This document shows positions 41,908-52,612 of a stretch of DNA of 64,000 bases, in pieces. The stretch's first letter is position 1; the number at the start of each line of letters is the position of its first letter. A program made the position numbers and the translations under genes. The stretch is from an uncultured Pelagibacteraceae bacterium (GTDB lineage: Bacteria; Pseudomonadota; Alphaproteobacteria; Pelagibacterales; Pelagibacteraceae): NCBI GenBank assembly GCA_902633335.1, contig CACPFY010000006.1, forward strand, positions 4,857-68,856, read 5' to 3'. The notes beneath the pieces were generated by a model. It ran no database searches, was not told the origin of the DNA, and saw only the letters and a program-made list of their open reading frames with translations.

Positions 41908-43580
41908 TGGCTAAAAGAAGAATTAAACCAGAATTAAATCTGCAACCAGAATTACCACAAGTATTATCTGAAGACTTTAATTTATTTTATAAACCACAAC
42001 AAGAACCTGAAATTGCAGGACTAAAAGAATTTACTGCTTCATTAGATAATTTTATATCTGACGCAGGAACTAAAATAGTTTTATCAAAAGAATTAAAACA
42101 AAAAGAAATTAATCAAGCACAAGCAGAAAAAGACTTTATAGAAAATAAAAATAAATTTAGAGACGCAGTTAAAAATGGAACAATAGATAAAACTGCTAAT
42201 CCTTACTATATAGAAAAATATAAAGAATTAAGTTTAAATGAATTTGCTGATAGTTTTATTGATAAACTTGGTAAAGAATATAGAAATAAAAATGTAGCTA
42301 AAGACACAAGAGACGGTGCATTTAGTCAATTTTATAAAGCAGAATTAGATAAATTTATTAAAGAGAATAATTTAGGTTTCTTTACACCATTAGAATTAGA
42401 GAAAGGTTTTTTCAAAGAAACTACTTCTTATAGAAATATATTAGAAAATACTCATAGAAGTTCACAATTATCAGAATTTGAAAAAGACTTTGATAACAAA
42501 GTAGATAATAGAATTTATGGTATATTTGAGAAATTCAAAGATTTTGACCAATCACCATTAGGAGAATTTGATGATGGTGTTGATAAATATTCATTTTTAG
42601 CAAGTAAGATACAAAAAGAAGTCACTGAATTATTAGGAGTTGGTTATGACGCTTCAGATATAACTGACAGAATACTTGAAGGTATTGAGACATATGTCAC
42701 TACAACTACAGACTTTGAGTATGCAAAAGAGATTGTAGAAAACTTACCAGACTTTATTCAAGGTGGAACTGATACCATTGCAAACATTGGTAAAGTTAAA
42801 AAGAAAAAAGAAGAACTTACAAAATTATTATTGGATAACGAAGAAGCTACTTTAAATAACGAAATTAAATTAAGAGAAGCAAAAGATAAAAAAGAATTTC
42901 TTTCGACTTATGATTTCTTAACTAATCAAGATGATGAATTTAATATTATAGAATATCGAAACGATAGTTCTAGAACTAATACAGAAATAAAAGCAATTGA
43001 TACTTTTATAAATGACCAGAAGTTTGATGGTGGGAATAGTGATAGTTCTGTTATTATGGTTGAAATAGGTAAACTCTTAGAAGAAGGTAAATTTGATGAA
43101 GCTGAGGAGTTTGCTAGACAAAATTATTATAAAGGAAATATTAGAAAGTCTACATTCACAACAATAATTACTTCTGACATTCCTAACTATAGAAACTTTA
43201 AAGACAAACCTGTATTTGGAAATATTGAATTTACAGAAACTATTAAAGGTTTAGACGCACTTGTAGCTAGTAGTTCTGACTACGGAGATAAACTTCAAGC
43301 AGGACAAGCAAAGACTTATATCAATACAAGAATGTTAAGATGGTATAAAGAAAATGTTAAAAAGTATACGGTTGATGGTGAATTTCAATCAGAAGAATTT
43401 GAAACAGCTTTTATAAATCATTTTAGAAACATAATTGAAGTAATGAAGACTGCTAAGAAACCTGATGGTGACTTTGTATTCAAAGCATTACAATTTAATG
43501 AAACCCAAAGTAGTGGTGCAGTATTTGAAAACCTAGACACAACTTTAAAAAATATGAGTAAAGAGAATGGCAATAATTAG
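41898..43580 (+). CDS. Internal virion protein C (gp15-like)
   Basis: Size, helical composition, ANPYY motif, synteny. Confidence 0.65.
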   Translation: MDIMAKRRIKPELNLQPELPQVLSEDFNLFYKPQQEPEIAGLKEFTASLDNFISDAGTKIVLSKELKQKEINQAQAEKDFIENKNKFRDAVKNGTIDKTANPYYIEKYKELSLNEFADSFIDKLGKEYRNKNVAKDTRDGAFSQFYKAELDKFIKENNLGFFTPLELEKGFFKETTSYRNILENTHRSSQLSEFEKDFDNKVDNRIYGIFEKFKDFDQSPLGEFDDGVDKYSFLASKIQKEVTELLGVGYDASDITDRILEGIETYVTTTTDFEYAKEIVENLPDFIQGGTDTIANIGKVKKKKEELTKLLLDNEEATLNNEIKLREAKDKKEFLSTYDFLTNQDDEFNIIEYRNDSSRTNTEIKAIDTFINDQKFDGGNSDSSVIMVEIGKLLEEGKFDEAEEFARQNYYKGNIRKSTFTTIITSDIPNYRNFKDKPVFGNIEFTETIKGLDALVASSSDYGDKLQAGQAKTYINTRMLRWYKENVKKYTVDGEFQSEEFETAFINHFRNIIEVMKTAKKPDGDFVFKALQFNETQSSGAVFENLDTTLKNMSKENGNN

Positions 43581-46500
43581 AAAAGCACCTAATGGTGAAC
43601 TTGTTTCATTTCCTGACGGAACTACAGAACAACAAATTCAAGAAACATTTAATTCAGAACAATACCAATCAGCTAAGGTTATAGATAAACCTACAGAAGG
43701 TGGAGTATTATCCGATTTACCACCTGCATTAAAAAACAATTGGGCGTTTGATACTTTTGCAGTTGCACCGTATGAAGCGTCAAGAAAAGCAATAAATAGT
43801 GCAGTAGGTCTAGTAGAAGATTTAGGTGACACTTTAGGAGACAAGACTACTCTTGGTGGCTTTAGATATGGTAAAGACGCTAATAATGGATTGATTGAAT
43901 ACATTCCATATAAACAAGCAGTACAAGAAGCAGATAAAGTTGCAACATACGGAATACTCGCACCAATTACAGGTGCTATAGGTGTCAATGACGCTTTCAA
44001 TATAAAAGGTTTCTTTTACGACCATACTAATCCTGACAACGATGACCATACAACAAGTATGTCTGGTAATTTTGTTGAAGGTATTGGTCAGTTTGTTATC
44101 GGATTTAAAGGTGCAGATAAATTATTTAAAATAGCAAAAGCACCAGTAGCTAAATCAACTCTAGGTGCATTTGGTCAAGCGTCAGCAAAAGGTGCTTTAG
44201 CAGACTTTACAGTATTCGATGAAAATTCAGGAAGAATGACAGATTTACTTGCTGAATATGCACCAGAAACTGTTGATAGTTATTTTGGATATTTAAAGTC
44301 TGATGTAAATGACGAATGGTGGGAAGCAAGATTTAAGAACACAATAGAAGGTCTAGGTTTAGGTTCAATAGCAGAAGCACTATTTAGAGGTGTTAGATTT
44401 GGTAAAGCTATTAGAGATAGAAAAATAGAAACTAAACAAGCAAAAGAAGACCAAGCATATTTAGATAAGACTAATAATGTTTTTGTTGAAGTAGGCGATA
44501 GATTAAATGAAGCGCAGACAATTAGTCAAAAGATGGATATTCTTAATACGGCTTTAGATGAAGCGTTTCCAAAGAAATTTAAAACAAAACAATTAAATCA
44601 GTCTCAAAGAATTAAAATTATAAATGATACTGTTAAATCAGGATTAAAAAATAATTTTGAAAGATGGAATAAAGGTGAGCTTACTTCAGAAGAAGCATTT
44701 AATATTCCTGAAGGATTTATTAATCTAGATACTTTTAAACTTAAAAATCCTAAGACAGGTAAAAATGAAGGTTTAACTATAGAAGGTGTTAGAACATTTA
44801 AATCTTTCTATGACGCTATAACTGCTACTAATACAAAATTAACAAAAAGAATGACTGATGAAGCAGTCAAAAGAAAAGCCATTAATGATTATGGTGGTGA
44901 TGTAAACCAAGTATTTCAAGATTTTGCTAAGTTTGCAGATAATGTTGATAATACAAACTCATTAATATTTGCACACGAAGTTGCTTATACTTCATTGCTA
45001 AACGCATTTCCAAAATTCATAAGACAGTACAAAAAAGGAAACCGTACTAAAGGTGATATGGAACTTATGATGTTTATGATTGAGAATATGACAATCAATG
45101 CAAAAAGAGTTCGTACTGCAACTGGTAGAAATTTAAGAATATTTAATTTAACTAAAGAAGAATTTTTACAAGCTAAATACGTAGAAGAAGAATTTATAAA
45201 CGCAAGAAACGCATACAAAAATTTCGGTGGTGGACAAAAAGGTTTTGATATGTTTCTTGAAAGATTAGGTAGAGCCGATAATCCAACAGTAGGTAGACAA
45301 GTTCTTAACTTTGCTCTTAAAAACAGAATGTGGAATGTGGCTAATGAAATATGGATTAACGCATTGCTATCATCACCAAAAACACAATTAGTTAATGCAG
45401 TATCTAATGGTGTAATAGGAATGATGAGACCAATGGAAGAAGCTATTGGAAGTAAAATATCAGAATTAATATCATTTAATGACCTTGATAAAGCAAAAGC
45501 ATTTAAATTAAATACAGAAGAAGCAATAGCAAGATATGCAGGAATGGCAGAAAGTTTATCTGCTTCTTTAAAATATGCAGGTGTTGCTTTTAGAAATGGT
45601 GAATTAGTTTTACAATCAAAAGACGCAGGTGCTTCTAAGTTTGATACTTCTGTCACAAAAGAAGTTCCTGATTATTTAGGTGGTGCTATTGTTAGAACAC
45701 CATCAAGATTTTTAAATGCTACTGATGAATTTTTTAAACAGATTAATTATAGAGGTAAACTTAAAGCACAAGCAGTTAGAGAAGCTAAAAAATTAGGTTT
45801 AACTAAAAAGACAGATATTAAAAAATACGTAGATGAATATATCAAACAAGGATATGACGAAACTGGATTAAGAGGAGTAAATGAAGAAGCATTAAGATAT
45901 GCTGAAGAAAATACATTTACTAATGAATTAGTTGGATTTACAGATAAGTTTGCAGATTTAGTAAACTCTCAACCTTATTTAAAACAATTCTTTCCTTTCG
46001 TTAAAACACCTACAAACATTGCAAAAGCAATAGCAGACAGGTCTCCTTTGGCTTTAGCTTATAGATATGGAGATATACTAGGGAAAAGTGGTGACCCAGT
46101 AGCAATTGCAAAAGCAAGAGGTCAATTAGCAGTTGGAAGTATTATTTTAAGTGTAGCTTACATACTTGCACAACAAGGTAAACTACAAGGTCGAACTGGT
46201 AAGGTAGGAGAAAAGAATTTAGATATTTATAAAGACGCTGAAATTATCAGAATGAAAAAATCTGATTTAGGTTTCAAACCTTATTCATATGTCTTTGATG
46301 ATGGAAGACAATTACCATTCGGACAACTAGACCCATACGGTGCATTACTTGGAATAATGGTAGACTTCGTAAGTGTCTATGACCAAATGACTGAAGAAGA
46401 AATCGAAAGATTTGGTGCAGATATGCAAATAATGATGTTGCAGAATGGTGGTAAAAATCCATTAGACTTCGGACAGAAAGCACAAATATTTTTAGGTTCA

Positions 46501-47316
46501 GGTTATGAAGCAGTCAAAAGAAATATCTTTAGTAAAACTTATTTAAGAGGTTTAGCAGATTTAGTTGAAGCATTTAATACTGAAGATGAAAGAGCAATGC
46601 AAAGATACCTTTCTCAAAAGATAGGAAGTTATGTTCCAAACATTGTTTATAAATTTGTTAATGACCCATACTATAGAGACGCTACAGGAATTATTGAACA
46701 AGTTAAAAATAGGACAGGAATGGGAACACCTTCTTCTCCTAGATACAATGCACTAGGTGAAGCACACAAAGATAAAGATAGTGGAATAAAAAGATTTATT
46801 AAGAACGCTATTAATCCTTTAGCTACTACACAAAAGCGAAGCGATATTATTGCTGAAGAAATAGTTAGATTAGGAAAAGGATTACCAGTCTTACCTAAGT
46901 TTATGGATTTAGTTGAATATGCTAAATATAAAAAAGGTAAAGTTTCTGCATACGATAGAATGAACCAATTGGTTTCTACTATTACAATTAATGGAAAGAC
47001 ATTACGTCAAGCATTAGAAGCAGAAATACAACTTGATAGTTATAAGAATAAGTCAGACCCAATAACTATAGGTAAAGGTATTACTGATAATGGCAGTAAA
47101 TACGAAAGATTAAGATTTATCCAAAATCAATACATACAAAAAGCAAAAAGTAAATTTGAATTGGAAAAGAAAGACTTCTTATTTGTAGATAATGAAAAGC
47201 TAACTTTGAAAAAAGCTATAGCCAACAATAAAGCAAATAGTGAAACAATTTCTAGAAATAGAAATAACAAACAAATCTTAAAACTCAAACCGATAACTAC
47301 ATTCGGACTTAATTAA
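43567..47316 (+). CDS. Internal virion protein D (gp16-like)
   Basis: 1249 aa; INALLSSPKTQ, PSRFLNATDEFFK, FPFVKTPTN; precedes tail fiber. Confidence 0.78.
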   Translation: MAIIRKAPNGELVSFPDGTTEQQIQETFNSEQYQSAKVIDKPTEGGVLSDLPPALKNNWAFDTFAVAPYEASRKAINSAVGLVEDLGDTLGDKTTLGGFRYGKDANNGLIEYIPYKQAVQEADKVATYGILAPITGAIGVNDAFNIKGFFYDHTNPDNDDHTTSMSGNFVEGIGQFVIGFKGADKLFKIAKAPVAKSTLGAFGQASAKGALADFTVFDENSGRMTDLLAEYAPETVDSYFGYLKSDVNDEWWEARFKNTIEGLGLGSIAEALFRGVRFGKAIRDRKIETKQAKEDQAYLDKTNNVFVEVGDRLNEAQTISQKMDILNTALDEAFPKKFKTKQLNQSQRIKIINDTVKSGLKNNFERWNKGELTSEEAFNIPEGFINLDTFKLKNPKTGKNEGLTIEGVRTFKSFYDAITATNTKLTKRMTDEAVKRKAINDYGGDVNQVFQDFAKFADNVDNTNSLIFAHEVAYTSLLNAFPKFIRQYKKGNRTKGDMELMMFMIENMTINAKRVRTATGRNLRIFNLTKEEFLQAKYVEEEFINARNAYKNFGGGQKGFDMFLERLGRADNPTVGRQVLNFALKNRMWNVANEIWINALLSSPKTQLVNAVSNGVIGMMRPMEEAIGSKISELISFNDLDKAKAFKLNTEEAIARYAGMAESLSASLKYAGVAFRNGELVLQSKDAGASKFDTSVTKEVPDYLGGAIVRTPSRFLNATDEFFKQINYRGKLKAQAVREAKKLGLTKKTDIKKYVDEYIKQGYDETGLRGVNEEALRYAEENTFTNELVGFTDKFADLVNSQPYLKQFFPFVKTPTNIAKAIADRSPLALAYRYGDILGKSGDPVAIAKARGQLAVGSIILSVAYILAQQGKLQGRTGKVGEKNLDIYKDAEIIRMKKSDLGFKPYSYVFDDGRQLPFGQLDPYGALLGIMVDFVSVYDQMTEEEIERFGADMQIMMLQNGGKNPLDFGQKAQIFLGSGYEAVKRNIFSKTYLRGLADLVEAFNTEDERAMQRYLSQKIGSYVPNIVYKFVNDPYYRDATGIIEQVKNRTGMGTPSSPRYNALGEAHKDKDSGIKRFIKNAINPLATTQKRSDIIAEEIVRLGKGLPVLPKFMDLVEYAKYKKGKVSAYDRMNQLVSTITINGKTLRQALEAEIQLDSYKNKSDPITIGKGITDNGSKYERLRFIQNQYIQKAKSKFELEKKDFLFVDNEKLTLKKAIANNKANSETISRNRNNKQILKLKPITTFGLN

Positions 47317-47326
47317 GGAATAACAT

Positions 47327-49078
47327 ATGTCATTTAACGCTAGAGTTAGCTATACGGCTAACGGCTCAAACGCTACGTTTGCAATTACGTTTGCTTTCTT
47401 AGATAGCACTCACGTAAAAGTATTTTTAGATGGAGTAGCAACAACTGCTTTCTCAGTGTCAGGAAGTAATGTAATTATGAATAGCAATCCTGCAAATGGG
47501 GTTGTGGTTTTAATTAAGAGAGAAACACCTACAGACGCTAGATTAGTAGACTTCCAAGATGGAAGTGTTTTAACAGAAAGTGATTTAGATAAATCTGCAG
47601 ACCAAAACTTCTTTATTGCACAAGAAATAAATGACGAAAGTCAAAGTGCAATGAAGCTAGATAATAGTGATAGATTTGACGCTTTAAATAAAAGAATTAT
47701 TAACGTAGCTGACCCAACGTCAGCACAAGACGCAGTCACTAAGAATTATTTAGAAACAGTTTGGTTATCGCCTAGTGATAAATCAAATATTAATTTAGTT
47801 GCAGGTATTTCAGGAATTTCAACTTTAGCTTCCAACAATGCCAATATTAATTTAGTTGCAACAAATATAGCCAATGTAAATGCAGTAGGTAATGATATTG
47901 CAAAAGTTATTGAGACTGCAAACGATTTACAAGAAGCTACTTCAGAAATTGATACCGTTGCTACGAATATTGTAAATGTAAATGCAGTTGGTACTGATAT
48001 TGCAAATGTAAATACTGTTGCAAACAATATTTCAGGAGTAAATAGTTTTGCTGAAAGATATAGAGTTCAAGCAGGAGTACCAAGTTCAAGCAACGATACA
48101 GGAGACCTTGTCTTTGATACGACTGCAGGAAAATTAAAAGTATTTGATGGCTCGTCCTACCAACTTGCAGGTTCTTCAGTAAACGGAACTTCACAAAGAT
48201 TTAAGTTTGTAGCAACTGCAAGTCAAACTACGTTTTCTGGTGCAGACGCTAACGGAAACACTTTAACTTATGATGTCGCTTCAGGAACTGCTTTTGCAGA
48301 TATTTATTTAAATGGTGTCAAACTTGATACCTCAGATTTTACGGCAACAAACGGTACGTCAATTGTACTTAGTTCTGGTGCTTCGGTTAATGATATTTTA
48401 CAAGTCGTTGCTTATGGCACGTTTTCACTTGCTTCTTTTTCAGCAGGTAATTTAACTTCAGGAACTTTACCAGTAGCTAGAGGTGGTACTGGATTAAATT
48501 CAGTATCAGGACAAGCAGGAAAAGCGTTGATAGTAAATTCAGGTGGAACTGCTTTTGAATTAGCTAATGCGTCTTCTGCAGAAGTTTATGGATTTATAAA
48601 AAGTTTTACACCAACAACTGTTATTTACACCGTCACTGTTCAAAGTGTTGGTGGTCAAAATAAATATTTTATTAATGGTGAACAACAAAAAACATTAGAA
48701 TTATCAGAAGGTAATACGTATATCTTTAATTACCCATCAGGACACCCATTTAAGTTTTCAACGACTTCAGATGGTACTCACGGTGGGGGTTCAGAATATA
48801 CAACAGGTGTCACTCACAACAGTTCAACCCAAGTGACGATTGTCGTAGCAAGTTCAGCACCAACGCTTTACTACTATTGCAATTCTCACTCAGGAATGGG
48901 TGGACAGGCGAATACACCAGTACCTGCTAATAATAACCTACAAGTTATCACAACCAATCAAGGTGTAGATAACATAACAAACACTCAGTACAATTCGTTT
49001 ACGGATACACTGTTTAGTGCAAGTGGATTTACATTTAGCATTGACGGAACTACTGGGAACTTAATCGCAACAATATAA
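47327..49078 (+). CDS. Tail fiber (gp17-like)
   Basis: T7 tail-fiber N-terminal adaptor (IKRETP..RLVDFQDGSVL...LD), NVNAVG repeats, C-terminal cupredoxin-like module. Confidence 0.9.
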   Translation: MSFNARVSYTANGSNATFAITFAFLDSTHVKVFLDGVATTAFSVSGSNVIMNSNPANGVVVLIKRETPTDARLVDFQDGSVLTESDLDKSADQNFFIAQEINDESQSAMKLDNSDRFDALNKRIINVADPTSAQDAVTKNYLETVWLSPSDKSNINLVAGISGISTLASNNANINLVATNIANVNAVGNDIAKVIETANDLQEATSEIDTVATNIVNVNAVGTDIANVNTVANNISGVNSFAERYRVQAGVPSSSNDTGDLVFDTTAGKLKVFDGSSYQLAGSSVNGTSQRFKFVATASQTTFSGADANGNTLTYDVASGTAFADIYLNGVKLDTSDFTATNGTSIVLSSGASVNDILQVVAYGTFSLASFSAGNLTSGTLPVARGGTGLNSVSGQAGKALIVNSGGTAFELANASSAEVYGFIKSFTPTTVIYTVTVQSVGGQNKYFINGEQQKTLELSEGNTYIFNYPSGHPFKFSTTSDGTHGGGSEYTTGVTHNSSTQVTIVVASSAPTLYYYCNSHSGMGGQANTPVPANNNLQVITTNQGVDNITNTQYNSFTDTLFSASGFTFSIDGTTGNLIATI

Positions 49079-49092
49079 GGAGAAATATAATT

Positions 49093-49797
49093 ATGGCGAC
49101 AATAGATATAGGCAAAATAAAACCTGTATTCAAAGGTACTTACGACAATAGTACTGCCTATGTTTTAGATGACATAGTTTATTACAACGGCAGTTCTTAT
49201 GTTGCAAAGACCTCAACAACAGGAAATCTTCCAACTGACGCTACGAAGTGGAACATACTCGCTTCTGGTTCTGGTGGAATTTATGACAGCACACTTTCAA
49301 TCGGAACAGCAAATCAAGTATTAGCTGTAAATTCTGGTGCTTCAGCATTAGAATTTCAAGACGCTTCAGGTGGAAAAACTTTAAATGTCCACGCAGTTGA
49401 AAATAGTACAAGAGTATCAATGTCTCAATCATCAACTTATGATTATTTTAATTTTACTTACAATCAACAAAAAGCAAATAGTAAAATTAGATTAGAAGTT
49501 CAAATAATAGGTCTTGGCAATAATAATGGAGTTGTAGGATTAGACTTTCTTTATGATAATACACTTTATAGAGGTAGAGGTGCTTATGCCTACACAGCAC
49601 AAAATAACTTTCATAATTTAACTGCTTTGGCTTATATTTCTGGTGCAAGTTCAACTGGAAATAAAACAGTTCAGTTTAGACATAGTCACGCAACTTCAAC
49701 TGGCTCACCATTTAATGTTTTAAATCCAACATCTAGTGATGACAACAGATTAGTTAATACTACAAGCACAATGATTGTGACTGAATATGACTTTTAA
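49093..49797 (+). CDS. Tail fiber/spike-associated protein
   Basis: GTYDNSTAY..DDIVYYNGSSYVA module and beta-rich tip ending in MIVTEY. Confidence 0.65.
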   Translation: MATIDIGKIKPVFKGTYDNSTAYVLDDIVYYNGSSYVAKTSTTGNLPTDATKWNILASGSGGIYDSTLSIGTANQVLAVNSGASALEFQDASGGKTLNVHAVENSTRVSMSQSSTYDYFNFTYNQQKANSKIRLEVQIIGLGNNNGVVGLDFLYDNTLYRGRGAYAYTAQNNFHNLTALAYISGASSTGNKTVQFRHSHATSTGSPFNVLNPTSSDDNRLVNTTSTMIVTEYDF

Positions 49798-49814
49798 TAT
49801 AGGAGAAAAATAAA

Positions 49815-50066
49815 ATGGCAAAATTTGATATAGTAGTACAAAAGAGAAATAACTTTAAAGGTTATACTGGCGAACCACCAATTGATGAAGCTGAATACAA
49901 TTCAAGAAAAGATGAAATGTTTGATGGCGAAGCACCAACTTGGACAGAAGTAAAATCTGAAATGGATAATATAATAGACCCAGAAACTTTAAAAGCTAAT
50001 GCAAAAGCAAAGTTAATAGCAGGAGAGCCATTAACAGAAGCTGAAGCAGATACATTAGTAATCTAA
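49815..50066 (+). CDS. Hypothetical protein, possible tail fiber chaperone
   Basis: SD AGGAG; PTWTEV, AKAKL...LTEAEAD; follows fiber gene. Confidence 0.6.
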   Translation: MAKFDIVVQKRNNFKGYTGEPPIDEAEYNSRKDEMFDGEAPTWTEVKSEMDNIIDPETLKANAKAKLIAGEPLTEAEADTLVI

Positions 50067-50096
50067 AAAACTATCACAATTAAGGAGAGTTAGTAA

Positions 50097-51374
50097 ATGT
50101 CAAGAAATAGAAATCTTGCCGATTTAATAAACGGTATAGACGCAAGTAAAATTACGACAGGAACTTTTGCAGACGCAAGAATAAGTTCTTCAAGCGTTTC
50201 ACAACACGCACAAAGTTTTGATGATAATAAAATTGTCAATGATATTTCTACATTAGGGTTAAGAGTACACACGCAAGAAAATCTTAACGCTTCAAATACT
50301 AACTCGGCTTCCTTTGATGTATTTCAAGATAGTTCTGGAATTACGAATTTAACCAATGCTTCAAGAGATAGTGGTGAGTTTGTTTCATCAATCGGTACTA
50401 CAACAGATAGCGATTTTGTTTTTGCTTTAGATTTTAGTACGTCAAGTGTTTCTGATGTAATTTCAGGTAGCACAGTTTCGGTTAATCAAGATGGTGGTGG
50501 TTTAGTTAGTGGTACTCGGTCAGGAAGTTTAGATACTTACACTACTAGGTGGGCAGGTGCTTCAAACGATTTTTTAAGATTTACAGATAGCGACACATTT
50601 AATTTTAGTGGCGACTTTGCAATTGATTGGCAAGTTTGGTTTCACGGTTCAACTGGAAGTGACAGACTTTGGAGTAAGTTTAATGGTTCTAATTATGAAA
50701 TTTATTTAAGACCACAAGGAGAAACTTATTTAGCAGGTAGAGGTTCAGTAACAAATGAAACTGTTAGTCTTGACCAATGGTATTATTTTTGTGTTGAAGC
50801 TCACGGTTCTAACTTAAATCTTTATATGAACAATAATAGAGTACAACAAGCAACTCTTTCAAGCTCAACAAATACCAATACAGGTGCAAATTTATATCTT
50901 GGTGGTGCTTGGACAAATGACAGCACTACTGGAATACAATTTCCAAATTGTGAAATTGGTGGATTAAGATATAAAAAAGGTTCAGCAAGATACAATGGTG
51001 CGTCTACAATCGTAGCACCAACTACACCTTTAACAAATCAAATTTCAAGTGTAAGTGCAACTGGCTCGTTTGAGGGAGTTGCAATCACAGTTCCATCAAC
51101 AAACAAGATGGGTGCAGTAATAACTTATCAAGACAATGCAGGTACTAACGCACTAAATACAGATATTATTTTAAAATTATCAGCAGACAATGGTTCAAAC
51201 TATACGACTGCAACTCTTACTACTTTACCTGATTTTGCTACTGGAATTAAAATGGCGAAAGTAAATGACCTTTCAGTGACTGCAGGTACTCAATTAAAAT
51301 ATAAAATAGAATTTGCTAATCAAGCTAGTGGAAGTAAAGAAGCTAGAATAAGAGGGGTTAGCTTACAATACTAA
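50097..51374 (+). CDS. LamG/ConA-like domain tail protein
   Basis: GDFAIDWQVW, LDQWYYF, LYMNN, IGGLRY pattern. Confidence 0.7.
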   Translation: MSRNRNLADLINGIDASKITTGTFADARISSSSVSQHAQSFDDNKIVNDISTLGLRVHTQENLNASNTNSASFDVFQDSSGITNLTNASRDSGEFVSSIGTTTDSDFVFALDFSTSSVSDVISGSTVSVNQDGGGLVSGTRSGSLDTYTTRWAGASNDFLRFTDSDTFNFSGDFAIDWQVWFHGSTGSDRLWSKFNGSNYEIYLRPQGETYLAGRGSVTNETVSLDQWYYFCVEAHGSNLNLYMNNNRVQQATLSSSTNTNTGANLYLGGAWTNDSTTGIQFPNCEIGGLRYKKGSARYNGASTIVAPTTPLTNQISSVSATGSFEGVAITVPSTNKMGAVITYQDNAGTNALNTDIILKLSADNGSNYTTATLTTLPDFATGIKMAKVNDLSVTAGTQLKYKIEFANQASGSKEARIRGVSLQY

Positions 51375-51613
51375 TGGCAAGAAAAAAGATTACTGCCAAA
51401 CAGTTTGTTGAACAAGCTACAGGCGTAAGACTTTCTGCACACGAAAAATTATGTGCTGAAAGAATGAAAACTTTGAATGATAGTATTAATGAATTAAAGA
51501 GAGAAGTTAAATCTCTTAGACAAGACGTTTCCAAAGGTAAAGGTGCAGTAGCAGTTCTAGTATTTATAGGAACTCTCGTAGCTTCTATTGTTGGTTTCTT
51601 AAATTTTAAATAA
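51374..51613 (+). CDS. Small coiled-coil membrane protein (possible lysis accessory)
   Basis: HEKLCAER, coiled coil, single C-terminal TM. Confidence 0.6.
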   Translation: MARKKITAKQFVEQATGVRLSAHEKLCAERMKTLNDSINELKREVKSLRQDVSKGKGAVAVLVFIGTLVASIVGFLNFK

Positions 51614-51847
51614 GTGAAATATTTACTAATACTCTATATGTGCAGTATGAGTACTGGACAGTGTCCATCTAGTTCTATTTCAGGTTGGCAGTTCAACTCA
51701 CACTATGACTGTATCAATGCAGGTTATGGTGTTGCACAAAAGACTTTTCAAAATTTAGCTGAATTAGAAGAATGGGATACTAACCATATAAACGAAAACA
51801 AAATAGTTGTTAAGTTTGAATGTAGAGAAGTAGGTGCAAAAGTATGA
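51614..51847 (+). CDS. Hypothetical Cys-containing protein
   Basis: Abuts neighbours; hydrophobic N-terminus, four Cys. Confidence 0.65.
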   Translation: MKYLLILYMCSMSTGQCPSSSISGWQFNSHYDCINAGYGVAQKTFQNLAELEEWDTNHINENKIVVKFECREVGAKV

Positions 51848-52194
51848 AAATAAATTCAGAAACAAATCTAAGTTTACCTATTCGTAATTTAGTAGCTTTG
51901 ATTTTTGTAATTTGTTCTGGCTTGTGGGCTTACTTTGGAATTGTTGAAAGATTAAATACATTAGAAACTTCAAAGCAATTGATGGAAGCTGACTTATTAA
52001 AGAAAGCTGAACAGACACCTAGAAATTTAGAAATGCTAATGTTGATTGAGCATAACGCAGGTATTCTAGAGAAACATCAAGCAATGCTAGATGAAAATAT
52101 TCATACAAAAGTTTTATTAAATGAAGCAACTAAGAAGATAGAAAAATTACAAGAAGACGTAGAAAAATTAATTAGAAATGGGAGTGGACACTAA
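51844..52194 (+). CDS. Membrane-anchored coiled-coil protein (spanin-like topology)
   Basis: N-terminal TM then coiled coil; ATGA overlap. Confidence 0.55.
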   Translation: MKINSETNLSLPIRNLVALIFVICSGLWAYFGIVERLNTLETSKQLMEADLLKKAEQTPRNLEMLMLIEHNAGILEKHQAMLDENIHTKVLLNEATKKIEKLQEDVEKLIRNGSGH

Positions 52195-52394
52195 TGGTAG
52201 AGATTATGGCTTTATTAATGTTTGTTGGTGCAGAACAAAAATTAATAGAAATGACCTATATGCCTAGTGTCAAAAAATGTATTGAGAAAAAGAGAATAAG
52301 CACCAGAAATAGTAATGCTCTTTATATATGCTCAAAAGTAAAAGCAGAATTAGATGAAGATATGAAAATTATAAGAATAGAGAGAAATCAATGA
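52194..52394 (+). CDS. Hypothetical phage protein
   Basis: TAATG coupling on 5' side, ATGA overlap on 3' side. Confidence 0.65.
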   Translation: MVEIMALLMFVGAEQKLIEMTYMPSVKKCIEKKRISTRNSNALYICSKVKAELDEDMKIIRIERNQ

Positions 52395-52612
52395 GTGATA
52401 GTAAATTAAAAGAATTACACGGAGTTTTAGCACAAGAACTATTAAAGAGAGTAAAAGACCCAAAAGCAAAATCTGCAGATTTAAATGTAGCTAGACAGTT
52501 TTTAAGAGACAATGGAATAGACGCAGTTCCAACAGAAGATAACCCACTAGGAAAATTATTAGAAGAATTACCATTCGATGAAAAACGAAAAAATCCTGTC
52601 AAAAATAACTGA
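52391..52612 (+). CDS. Terminase small subunit (gp18-like)
   Basis: ADLNVARQFLRDNGI, LEELPF. Confidence 0.88.
   Translation: MSDSKLKELHGVLAQELLKRVKDPKAKSADLNVARQFLRDNGIDAVPTEDNPLGKLLEELPFDEKRKNPVKNN

Noticed and set aside
47780-48050. Imperfect repeats in the tail fiber as a CRISPR or DGR element
   Set aside because: They are coding NVNAVG/NIANV repeats; no spacer array, cas gene or reverse transcriptase in the window
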